Shown in pieces: positions 26,986-35,605 of a stretch of DNA of 45,731 nt. The position numbers were made by a program, and so were the translations under genes. Position 1 is the first letter of the stretch; every line of letters starts with the position of its first letter. Origin of the DNA: Crocinitomicaceae bacterium (GTDB taxonomy: Bacteria; Patescibacteriota; Minisyncoccia; Phycocordibacterales; UBA1006). Below the pieces are notes generated by a model. The model was not told the DNA's origin. It was given only the letters and a program-made list of their open reading frames with translations, and ran no database searches. The DNA lies in NCBI GenBank assembly GCA_047637555.1, contig JBLIKX010000002.1, forward strand, positions 1 through 45,731. Reading direction: 5' to 3'.

Positions 26986-28152
26986 TTAAGGCATTATTTG
27001 GTTAAACCAATAGTCAAGTGATCGTTTGATATTCTTTATTGATAAAGCTTTTGATGAAAAATGTTGATGTCCACGTTTACTCACGCATAGTCCGTATGCG
27101 ATTGAAAATTGATTTGGAACTTGCAATTGTCTCTTTGTTTTTTTAGATGTTTTGAATAGTGTCAATGATTCAGAGGGAAGTTTAAGTTCCTCTTTGGCAT
27201 ATTCATTAATATGTTCCAAATGAGCACCTCCACCGGTAAAGATTATTCCTGCAGGAAGAAGACGATTCTTTTTTATTTTATTTAAATGTCTATCAGCCAG
27301 CTCAAGAATATCTGAAATCCGTGCATATATTATTTCTTCTACTTTTCTTTTTGGTTGGTCATTCTTTCTCCCTTTTTTTATTTCATCAGCTTCCTCTAAA
27401 GGGATTTGTAACCCTAGTGCGATATCATTAGTGATATCGTTTGACCCAATAGCTAGAATATCCAAAGACGTAATAATACTATTTTCAAATGTTGCAATGG
27501 ATGTCGTTTCTGCACCGATATTCGTAACCATGCATCCTTGCGTCTTTTGTTTATAATCTGCGGCTGCGGCCGCATCTGCAATAGGGCTAGCGATAACATC
27601 GATAACTCCTAAATTATTTTTTTGAATAACAGAAATCAAGGCATCGTAGTGATGTTCTAGTATTGTGATAAAAATAACTTTTACCTCAATAGTATTTCCG
27701 TACATTCCAATTGGTGTCCCTAGTACATCCCGTCCGTCTACTCGGTACTTAACGGGGATAATATGAAGTATTTTTTTATTTGGGTATTTATTAACAAATA
27801 GTTCTTCTGATTTTAGAATAACCTCCTCTACATTTTTTTCAGAGATTTCATTATTTTTTTTAGTGATATCTACTGAAGTTCTCACATACTGTGAACAAAG
27901 CCCCACACCGCCGATAGAAAAACGAGCTTTGATAATTTTTTCTTTGTATTCTCGTTCAGCTTTTGTAATAAGGAGCGCTAAGGACTCTGTTGCCTTTTCT
28001 TGATCAACGATGTATCCATGGCGAAAACCATGCGCAGGAGATTCTACAGCATGAAGTATTTTAGGTAATTGGTTTGATGCAGACGGCTCGGTTATAACGA
28101 GTTTTATTGCAGAGGTACCAATGTCTATTCCAATGAGATGATCGTTGTTCAT
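26986..28152 (-). CDS. ftsA: Cell division protein FtsA
   Basis: Actin-fold motifs IGIDIGTSAIK, TNIGAETTS and FTGGGAHLEHI. The C-terminal amphipathic tail is KNIKRSLDYWFNQIM. Confidence 0.9.
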   Translation of the reverse strand: MNNDHLIGIDIGTSAIKLVITEPSASNQLPKILHAVESPAHGFRHGYIVDQEKATESLALLITKAEREYKEKIIKARFSIGGVGLCSQYVRTSVDITKKNNEISEKNVEEVILKSEELFVNKYPNKKILHIIPVKYRVDGRDVLGTPIGMYGNTIEVKVIFITILEHHYDALISVIQKNNLGVIDVIASPIADAAAAADYKQKTQGCMVTNIGAETTSIATFENSIITSLDILAIGSNDITNDIALGLQIPLEEADEIKKGRKNDQPKRKVEEIIYARISDILELADRHLNKIKKNRLLPAGIIFTGGGAHLEHINEYAKEELKLPSESLTLFKTSKKTKRQLQVPNQFSIAYGLCVSKRGHQHFSSKALSIKNIKRSLDYWFNQIMP

Positions 28153-28172
28153 ATTTTATAATTAAAAGGGTC

Positions 28173-28571
28173 TTAGTTTTTACTAAATTGCTTGTAGAAA
28201 AAACGTTCTTGTTTTTCCATTTTAGCACCATGTGTCATACCTTTCAAATGAAGGCAACTGTGGATGAAAAGAAATACTAAATGATCGCTATAATTCCGTT
28301 CATATTTAGGTGCTTCTTTTCGTGCTTGAGAAAGTGTTATTATTATTTCTCCAAATTCATCATCGAGTGGAAAAGCCAGGGTGTTCACCGGACCATTCTT
28401 TTTTTTCCATGTTTTATGAAGATCTATTGATTCATCTTGTGTTGGGAAAACCAAAGAGAGCTCGTACTCTGCACCAAGTATAGCTTCTTTTATCAACACA
28501 AAAGGCAGGATTGGAATCCCGCCTTTTGTTCGCCGAATAATTGTTAAATTATTGTATTCAGCAGTTTCCAT
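28173..28571 (-). CDS. ybeY: rRNA maturation endoribonuclease YbeY
   Basis: The zinc motif HSCLHLKGMTH fits H...H.....H. Confidence 0.85.
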   Translation of the reverse strand: METAEYNNLTIIRRTKGGIPILPFVLIKEAILGAEYELSLVFPTQDESIDLHKTWKKKNGPVNTLAFPLDDEFGEIIITLSQARKEAPKYERNYSDHLVFLFIHSCLHLKGMTHGAKMEKQERFFYKQFSKN

Positions 28572-28574
28572 AAT

Positions 28575-28820
28575 TTATCGTCGTCGTCCTTTTTTAGGCT
28601 TAAGGAGTCCCATTTTTTCTTTGTACTCATATTCTCCTCTTTTGATAATTTTAGTCAGAGCATTAGTTTTCTTTTTGAAGTCAGAGTCGTTTCGATCGAA
28701 ATATCGAAGAGATCGTTTCTTTTGAAGAACCCCTGAAATTTTAACCTTTCGAGAGAATTTTCGAAGAAGGCCAAGATTGTTGTCATTTTTTGTCTTTTTA
28801 ATATCTACATTTGTCGCCAT
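28575..28820 (-). CDS. rpsU: 30S ribosomal protein S21
   Basis: A small, very basic protein. LLRKFSRKVKISGVLQKKRSLRYFDR resembles the S21 core (ALRRFKR...G.L.E.R.R.FYEKP). TGaTAGTAT lies 9 nt upstream of the ATG. Confidence 0.7.
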   Translation of the reverse strand: MATNVDIKKTKNDNNLGLLRKFSRKVKISGVLQKKRSLRYFDRNDSDFKKKTNALTKIIKRGEYEYKEKMGLLKPKKGRRR

Positions 28821-28861
28821 ATACGGATAATACTATCATGTACTCGTAATTATTCAAGCCT

Positions 28862-30811
28862 TTAAACGAGATCCTTTGGGTTAATGTGTACTTCCGTGGT
28901 TCTACTGAAATTACGCAATAGGTTCCACAATTCTACATCTTGGAATTCAGTATTCCATGATTTTGTATCAATACTTAGAAGAGTCACAAATTCAATAATT
29001 CCTTTTTTAGTTCCAGGTCTCATTATTATTTGCGGATCATATTTACTAAACAGTCCATAGAGCGAGGTGTATTCTTTTTGCGCATACTCTTTATTAGCAA
29101 ATCGTTTAATACGTATAAGTGTTTTAAAAGGGGGGTAGTTAAATTCATCACGTTCTTTTAACTCTTGTTCAAGGTACGCGCTGTATAATCCGTTAGATAA
29201 GATGGGGAGAGATTCCTCAAGAATATTTCGTGACTGTAACAGTAATGGTTGGACTGTTTTTTCATTAAGTTGTGATAAGAGCGAGAGCACTTGGGGATGG
29301 ATAGTATGACTCATTCGAGCAAAGTAAGAATCCAGAGATACTACGATGACTCTATCTATTGTGGATATTTCCGGGATTGCTTTTTGCGTACCAATAATAA
29401 TTATTGCTTTTTGAGTTGAATTGTACTTATCGGTAATTTCCCGAAGTGATTTTTTTGTTTTTGCGTGAGCGCTATCTATAATATATGTTTCTATTTTTGG
29501 AAAGTAATTTTGGATTTCTTGAAAAACACTTTCTGTACCTATACCCAAGTTATTTATATTCCAACTATTACAAAATTGACAAGAATCAAACGCAGGAATA
29601 GTTTCTCCAGTCGTGTGGCAAATAAAGATCCGTTCTTTGACCCGTGTTTTTTTGTTTGTTTTTATATAGAGCGAGAAGGGGTGACCTGATTCACTTGATC
29701 GAGCGACATTCCCGCAGTCATTACAAACGATACTTGGTGCTAAACTTTTTTTGTGAACAAAAAGGAATATTTTTTCATTTTTTTGTACACCTGTAGTAAT
29801 AGCTACTAGAGCTTCTTTTGAAAGTGGGCTAAATTTTCTCTTCTCATTCAGTTCACTGATACGCTCTTGATCGGTTTGTTTACCTGGTTTTTTTATATGT
29901 TGAGTAATTATTTGTATATCTTCTGGTTTGAAAACTTTTTTATTCCAAGGTGAAATACATTCTGCTTTGTTTGTAATACTCAGGTGCCACGTTTCCGGTC
30001 GTAGAATACTATCTGCCCAAATACATTCAATTGATTGCTCTTGTGCCTGCTGGGATATACATACCCTCAAGTCAATATACGGAGATGATATCGTTCTATA
30101 GTGTTCAGAAGATTCTTCTTCAATAATAATGGTAGATTTATGCTCTAGTGGAATATCAAGAAACCCTGGGGTACTAATAACGATGGATGACTTTTCTCGA
30201 GCAAGGATAGTTACATAGGTTTCTTTATACTTTTTCTTAGTGAGACCACTATGTAACAAAAAACAATGCTCGTGATTATTTTTTTCAAGCTCCAAAAAAA
30301 GTGTTTTGGTTGATTGAATGGTTGGGCAAATGATATGAAGAGATTCTTTTCGTAGCATCTTTTCACGTATTAATGTTTTATAAAAACTTATTCTATCAAT
30401 TTTATTTCTTTGAAGAATTTTTTGACTAAAGACAGTATTTGCCGAGGACTTTTTTGGTGTATATTTCCACTCCTCAATATTTTTAGTAACAAAACTTGGG
30501 CTGAGCTGATTAATTATTCGACCTGTTGTTGTAGCGTAAAAGTTTTTTAAATTATTACAGGTTCTTAAGAAAGCAGCTGAAAAAACTTGCTCATTATGAA
30601 TCGCAATAACATTACGAATTTGATAATTCGCACCACGTAATTGAGTTTTCATATTTATTACGGGTTCAGCGTGTACAACAATTGCTTTGATCTCTTTCTT
30701 TCGTAGGGGTACAGTAACGAGTTGTCCAGGATTAGCATCTTTAACTGAAAAATACGTAAGTACCTCAGTATCAATAGATTTAGTTATAGGGATGACTTGG
30801 AGAAGTTGCAT
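28862..30811 (-). CDS. priA: Primosomal protein N' (PriA)-like protein lacking Walker A and the motif VI arginines
   Basis: Collinear with PriA: the segment after motif I (SLHIICPTIQSTKTLFLEL...LLHSGL), a motif II-like IIIEEESSEHY, the Cys-rich insertion CNDCG...CH...CQFC, and the C-terminal domain. There is no GK[ST] anywhere in the protein and no GRxGR. Confidence 0.7.
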   Translation of the reverse strand: MQLLQVIPITKSIDTEVLTYFSVKDANPGQLVTVPLRKKEIKAIVVHAEPVINMKTQLRGANYQIRNVIAIHNEQVFSAAFLRTCNNLKNFYATTTGRIINQLSPSFVTKNIEEWKYTPKKSSANTVFSQKILQRNKIDRISFYKTLIREKMLRKESLHIICPTIQSTKTLFLELEKNNHEHCFLLHSGLTKKKYKETYVTILAREKSSIVISTPGFLDIPLEHKSTIIIEEESSEHYRTISSPYIDLRVCISQQAQEQSIECIWADSILRPETWHLSITNKAECISPWNKKVFKPEDIQIITQHIKKPGKQTDQERISELNEKRKFSPLSKEALVAITTGVQKNEKIFLFVHKKSLAPSIVCNDCGNVARSSESGHPFSLYIKTNKKTRVKERIFICHTTGETIPAFDSCQFCNSWNINNLGIGTESVFQEIQNYFPKIETYIIDSAHAKTKKSLREITDKYNSTQKAIIIIGTQKAIPEISTIDRVIVVSLDSYFARMSHTIHPQVLSLLSQLNEKTVQPLLLQSRNILEESLPILSNGLYSAYLEQELKERDEFNYPPFKTLIRIKRFANKEYAQKEYTSLYGLFSKYDPQIIMRPGTKKGIIEFVTLLSIDTKSWNTEFQDVELWNLLRNFSRTTEVHINPKDLV

Positions 30812-30993
30812 AATTTCTATACTACCCTAGAGAGAGGTTAGTGAGAACATATTGACAATTAGATTATATATTAATATATATAATTTTTTATTCCTTAAAA
30901 GTATAATCTCTCAAAGAAACTTTTCTTCATATATTTACCTTGTTTATCTTAAATATAATCTTTCTATTTATATAACTTAATAAAAAATAAGTT

Positions 30994-31021
30994 AAAAAGC
31001 GAACCATATGGCTCGCTTTTT
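30994..31021 (-). terminator. Intrinsic terminator after HTH-murA
   Basis: The minus strand reads AAAAGCGAGCC-atat-GGTTCGCTTTTT (one mismatch in the stem). Confidence 0.65.
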
Positions 31022-31032
31022 AAATATGAAAG

Positions 31033-32568
31033 TTATATCTCCTTAACAACTTCAATATTTGCTCCGATTGAGTTTAAACGTTCAACAATATTCTCGTATC
31101 CGCGTTTAATTGAGTACACATTACGTAATATTGATCGTCCTTCGATTCCAAGCATTGCCACTAAAATCATTGTTGATGGTCGTAATGCAGGAGGGCAAAC
31201 AATTTCACCCGCATACATTTTTTGACCACCCTCAACAAGTACTCGGTGTTGATCAGCCAGGCGCACAGAAGCCCCGAGTCTATTTAGCTGTGTAAAATAG
31301 ATTGCTCTGTTTTCCCACATCCAATCATGAATAAGGGTGGTACCTTTTGCTACCATTGCGACTGGGACAAAGAACGGCAAATTATCGGTATTGATTCCAG
31401 GGTACGGCTGAGCATGTATTTTATCGCTCAAAGCAACAAGATCGCCTGATTCTTTGACTGTAATATCAACTAAATCTGTGTGTTTATTTTTTGATTTATA
31501 TACTTTTGATCGCTTCATTTTAACCCCCATTTTTTCTAGTTTTAGGAGTTCAACCTTAAGGAAGTCAATTGGACATCGTTTAACAGTAAGAGTTGAATTT
31601 GTGACTATGGCAGATGCAATAAACATCATTGATTCAATTGGATCCTCACTATTGTGGTGCTCTACATCGATATTGATATTCTTAATACCATGAATAGTTA
31701 ATTTTAATGACCCAATACCTTCAATTTTAACACCAAGTTTTTGAAGATAGAAACAAACATCTTGGACCATATAATTCTGTTGTGCGAAATGAATAATGGT
31801 TTTACCTGGGATTCCCGCCGCCGCAATAACAATATTTTCAGTCGCAGTATCAGAGGCTTCATACATAACAATTTCAGCAGGTTTTAGTTTTTTTCGTTCA
31901 ACTAAATAACCTGTATTTTTGGTTGTAATAGATACACCTAATTGTTCAATTCCATGTTTATGAGCGACAATAGTTCGTTCTCCCATTTTGCATCCACCAG
32001 CTGTTGGGATTTCAAATGATTTAATATGATGAATTAGCGCACCAATTGACATCATAAATGACCGTACCCTTCGCGCAGATTTTTTATTGATTTCGTTAAA
32101 CTTAAATCGTTTAGGTGGAGTAATTTTGATTGAATGTTCTTTTACCCATTCAACCTTTACTCCAATACTTTGAAATATTTCTATAATACGATGTACCTCT
32201 TGAATGTTTGGAATACCGTGTAGAGTTGTAACACCTTTGTTCAAGAGGGAAGCATGCATTAATCCCATGGCACCATTTTTTGAGGTATTACTTTCGATTG
32301 AACCTTTTAACTTTTGACCTCCATTAATAATAAAATCATCACGTTCTTCTCGGTGTAATTTGATTAATTGATGATCCAAAACGTTTCCAATTTTAAGCAG
32401 TTCTTGTGTTGAAAAATTCTGCCCACCTTTTTCCATACGTGCAACGGCTGATTGAGCTGTTCCAAGTTTTTTAGCAAATTGAGCTTGGGTAAGACCTCTT
32501 TGTTTTCTGATCGAACGGATGAATTTACCAATTCTTGCTTGTTCTTTTTCAAATTGTTTTAGATTCAT
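31033..32568 (-). CDS. murA: XRE-family helix-turn-helix domain fused to UDP-N-acetylglucosamine 1-carboxyvinyltransferase (MurA)
   Basis: Residues 1-~72 (IGKFIRSIRKQRGLTQAQFAKKLGTAQSAVARMEKGGQNFS) form a typical HTH_3/XRE domain. The rest aligns with MurA from its first strand (DDFIINGGQKLKGSI) and keeps the catalytic residues: Lys (TSKNGA), Cys (AGGCKMGERT), Asp (NTDN) and Arg (ALRPST). There is no Met or stop at the junction. Confidence 0.85.
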   Translation of the reverse strand: MNLKQFEKEQARIGKFIRSIRKQRGLTQAQFAKKLGTAQSAVARMEKGGQNFSTQELLKIGNVLDHQLIKLHREERDDFIINGGQKLKGSIESNTSKNGAMGLMHASLLNKGVTTLHGIPNIQEVHRIIEIFQSIGVKVEWVKEHSIKITPPKRFKFNEINKKSARRVRSFMMSIGALIHHIKSFEIPTAGGCKMGERTIVAHKHGIEQLGVSITTKNTGYLVERKKLKPAEIVMYEASDTATENIVIAAAGIPGKTIIHFAQQNYMVQDVCFYLQKLGVKIEGIGSLKLTIHGIKNINIDVEHHNSEDPIESMMFIASAIVTNSTLTVKRCPIDFLKVELLKLEKMGVKMKRSKVYKSKNKHTDLVDITVKESGDLVALSDKIHAQPYPGINTDNLPFFVPVAMVAKGTTLIHDWMWENRAIYFTQLNRLGASVRLADQHRVLVEGGQKMYAGEIVCPPALRPSTMILVAMLGIEGRSILRNVYSIKRGYENIVERLNSIGANIEVVKEI

Positions 32569-32576
32569 GCATAAAT

Positions 32577-32596
32577 ATATAACATATATGTTATAT
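32577..32596. promoter_or_regulatory. 20-bp perfect palindrome ATATAACATA|TATGTTATAT over the HTH-murA promoter (candidate operator)
   Basis: Read directly from the sequence. It lies 9-28 nt upstream of the ATG at 32568 and overlaps the only plausible -10 (TATATT). Confidence 0.45.
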
Positions 32597-32651
32597 TTTG
32601 CAATAAAAAAAGCTTAATATTTCATTAAGCTAATCATTTTTGAATAATTAA

Positions 32652-32825
32652 TTATATTTTAGGTTTGCATAAAATATGCTCCTTGGTTTTACATCTTTCA
32701 CAAGGTCGTGCAAACTTATTGTTAGGAGGGTGCTTGTAATCATGATCTGCTATTGTGCAGCAAAACCATCTTAGTAAAAAAAATAAATTCTCCTTGAAAT
32801 TTTTAATTGAGCTTTGTCGTGGCAT
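32652..32825 (-). CDS. Possible small Cys-rich protein (57 aa), below the ORF-track cutoff
   Basis: Hand translation gives MPRQSSIKNFKENLFFLLRWFCCTIADHDYKHPPNNKFARPCERCKTKEHILCKPKI*. It is on the same strand as HTH-murA and upstream of it. TATACT lies about 33 nt upstream. There is no homology support. Confidence 0.2.
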   Translation of the reverse strand: MPRQSSIKNFKENLFFLLRWFCCTIADHDYKHPPNNKFARPCERCKTKEHILCKPKI

Positions 32826-33050
32826 TTTTTATGAGTTTTTTTTGGTTTACAGTTTCAGTATAAAAAGTCGTGATGATGACCAGCTTGTGCACCCTTTTAT
32901 TTTGAATCCACTTGTATCATTTGGGTCTACCTCCCACCTATGATTTTCTAAAATTATGCATGAAATAAGTAATATAAATTTTTTTATCATATTGATGTTT
33001 TTTATTAGCATACATCTTTATAAAAAAAATACACGTGATACTATAGAAAT

Positions 33051-34061
33051 ATGTCAATTTTTTCAAAGAAATTAGGTATCGACCTAGGTACTACTAATAT
33101 TTTGGTCTATGTTCCAGGTAAGGGTGTTATTCTTGACGAACCCTCTGTCGTTGCTATTTCAGTCCAAGATAATAAGATTCTCGCTATAGGATCTGAAGCC
33201 AAACAAATGATCGGACGAACCCCTGATGGTATTGTAGCTTACCGACCTATGAAGGACGGTGTTATTGCAGACTATCGTGTCACAGAAAAAATGCTTCGCT
33301 ATTATTTCAAAAAAGCTCTTGGTAAATGGAACATTATGAAACCAGACGTACTCTTGTCAGTTCCTGCGGGGATTACATCAACTGAACGTCGAGCTGTAAT
33401 AGAGGCTGCACGAAGGGCAGGAGCTAAAAATGCCTATGTTATAAAAGAACCAATACTAGCAGCTATTGGTGCAGGAATTTCAATTCAGCAACCAAATGGA
33501 TACATGATAGTGGATATTGGGGGCGGAACTATTGATGTAGCTGTGATTTCACTTGGAGGAATCGTTACTTCTAATTCTGTAAAATGTGCTGGTAGACGTC
33601 TAGATGGATCGATTATTGATTACATAAAAAAAACCTACAATCTAGCTATAGGAGATCGAACTGCCGAAAAAATTAAAATCAAAATTGCATCTGCTATTCC
33701 GCTTGATGATGAGTTAGAGGTACTGATAAAAGGGCGTGACTATATTACGGGTCTTCCTCGTTCTGTTAAAATTTCAACTAACGAAATTACCAAAGCCATT
33801 GATGAGGAATTAAAAATTATGATCCAGGCATTAAAAGATGTATTAGCCCAAGTCCCACCAGAACTGGCTTCAGATATTATTGATAACGGAATCACGATGA
33901 CGGGAGGAACGTCACAACTACGGAACCTTACAGACCTTATACATCGCCGGACAGGTGTTCAAGCCTATTTGGTTGAAGACCCATTGTTTTGTGTAGCACG
34001 GGGGACTGGGATTGCTTTAGATCATCTTGATACTTATAAAAAAGCCATTATCAGTAAATAA
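33051..34061 (+). CDS. mreB: Rod shape-determining actin homologue MreB
   Basis: Contains LGIDLGTTNILVY, DIGGGTIDVAVISLGG and MTGGTSQLRNL. TGaTACTAT lies 6 nt upstream of the ATG. Confidence 0.95.
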   Translation: MSIFSKKLGIDLGTTNILVYVPGKGVILDEPSVVAISVQDNKILAIGSEAKQMIGRTPDGIVAYRPMKDGVIADYRVTEKMLRYYFKKALGKWNIMKPDVLLSVPAGITSTERRAVIEAARRAGAKNAYVIKEPILAAIGAGISIQQPNGYMIVDIGGGTIDVAVISLGGIVTSNSVKCAGRRLDGSIIDYIKKTYNLAIGDRTAEKIKIKIASAIPLDDELEVLIKGRDYITGLPRSVKISTNEITKAIDEELKIMIQALKDVLAQVPPELASDIIDNGITMTGGTSQLRNLTDLIHRRTGVQAYLVEDPLFCVARGTGIALDHLDTYKKAIISK

Positions 34062-34130
34062 TGAATTTTTGAAATATATTATGATTGTGGTGTGAAAAGT
34101 AAAAGCTTCACCCCATGCACCAGAGCATTA

Positions 34131-35159
34131 TCATAATCTGCCAGAAATATTTTTTTTATCTTCATAATATCTTTTTAAGAGACCAGCTGAAACATTTGCA
34201 ACCGCCTTAGGTCTAAAGTATGGCAGTGAATGAGTTCCATTCTTAGAAGGGGAAACCATTCTAATATATGGTGAATTAGAAAAACAATTTTCCCTTAAAT
34301 AATGTTCACGTATATCAGAAGTTGTAGCATTTTCTAATTCATTTCGCAGTGCATCCTCTTTATCTTGAGGCATAAATTTTTCACGTTGAGCTATGAGATC
34401 ATCCGAGCCTGCAATGAGTATAATAGGCGATTCTATTTCTGACATATGAATATTTTCTGTTCCTATTTCAGATAATTCTCTCTTAAATCTTGTAAGGTAA
34501 TCAGTTTTTGATTTTATAATTTCTCTCATAGTATTTTGAAAAATTGTCACAACAGAAGAAACTGCATTTTTGATATCAGCAATTTTATTAGAACCCTCTA
34601 ATATTTTTTTAGGTGTATTTATTAAAGCGTCTTTATTAAAATTTTTTACAATATCAAGTTCATCTTGAGAATAAAGACCCGCAGAACCAACTAACACTAA
34701 ACCACTAATATTAATTTCTGGATGATTTTTTTGGAGTATTGCAACAACATTCATGGCCTTATTTCCTCCCTGTGAATAACCAGTTAGCGTTATTACTTTT
34801 TTACCTGAATTAGCAATATAATTTGCTATTGCTTTTGATTCTTCTTCCATTATTTGAACATTTTTATTTTCTGATACGTGTTGTTCTGCACGGGAAGATA
34901 TCGTGAATGTTTTTTGTTTAAAAACATCAGCATAACCTTGAGAAAAATTTTCAACTACTGGCGAATCGACATCTGTACCCCAACCAGGGAGTACAAAAAC
35001 AGCTTCTTCATTATTTAACAATTCTTGATTTGATGGTGTTAACTTTTTTACCTTTAATTCAACATTTATGCCGCTCTCAAGATGATATCTTTTTATTTCA
35101 AAATCAGGTTTATTTAATTCTTTTCTTTTATTTGGTAATTTTTCAAAACTAAATTTCAT
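34131..35159 (-). CDS. Alpha/beta-fold hydrolase (lipase/esterase-like), function unknown
   Basis: Nucleophile elbow GYSQGG (GxSxG) with a downstream GSDD. TGaTATAAT lies 6 nt upstream of the ATG. Confidence 0.6.
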   Translation of the reverse strand: MKFSFEKLPNKRKELNKPDFEIKRYHLESGINVELKVKKLTPSNQELLNNEEAVFVLPGWGTDVDSPVVENFSQGYADVFKQKTFTISSRAEQHVSENKNVQIMEEESKAIANYIANSGKKVITLTGYSQGGNKAMNVVAILQKNHPEINISGLVLVGSAGLYSQDELDIVKNFNKDALINTPKKILEGSNKIADIKNAVSSVVTIFQNTMREIIKSKTDYLTRFKRELSEIGTENIHMSEIESPIILIAGSDDLIAQREKFMPQDKEDALRNELENATTSDIREHYLRENCFSNSPYIRMVSPSKNGTHSLPYFRPKAVANVSAGLLKRYYEDKKNISGRL

Positions 35160-35564
35160 AATTAAATTATATCATCAAGAAGTAGAAAGCTCGAACATTA
35201 TCTGTACTCTCATAGCTAATGATTCATATTCTGATCTTACTAAATACACAAATTATATAAATGCTAAAAAATAGCTTAGATAACAGAGTCGTCACAGCAA
35301 ATAAATGACCTGAGTTTGTTTATGATCTGAGAGTCAGTAATAAATAATAAATTACTATTTGTTATTTCTACAGCTCAACATTTATTTCTTAATGTGATGG
35401 TAATGTATTGTTTTGAATATATTTTTGATTTCTCAGTTAGAGAGTCAATTTATGATTTTTGATGCACACAGTGGTTCCTTTAACATGGCTTTATCCTACT
35501 ATTGTGTTTAGTTAAACTCTTTATTATTTAAAAATATTTAACATTATCTCAAACTCTTCACAAT

Positions 35565-35590
35565 AAAAATCACCACCTGTGGTGTTTTTT
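35565..35590 (+). terminator. Orphan terminator-like hairpin immediately upstream of the holB -10 box
   Basis: AAAAATCACCAC-ct-GTGGTGTTTTTT. No annotated plus-strand gene ends upstream of it. Confidence 0.35.
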
Positions 35591-35592
35591 GT

Positions 35593-35598
35593 TATACT
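35593..35598 (+). promoter_or_regulatory. -10 box (TGtTATACT) 7 nt upstream of the holB ATG, candidate leaderless promoter
   Basis: The sequence reads TGTTATACT-gaataac-ATG. Confidence 0.45.
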
Positions 35599-35605
35599 GA
35601 ATAAC

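Noticed and set aside
32755-32943. A 62-aa plus-strand ORF in the murA-mreB gap.
   Set aside because: It has no promoter or start context and an implausible composition. It partly overlaps the somewhat more plausible minus-strand Cys-rich ORF, which is itself low confidence.
34098-34125. A possible terminator hairpin between convergent mreB and the hydrolase gene (GGTGTGAA...TTCACCCC).
   Set aside because: The stem is imperfect and lacks a U-tract on either strand. It is too weak to call.
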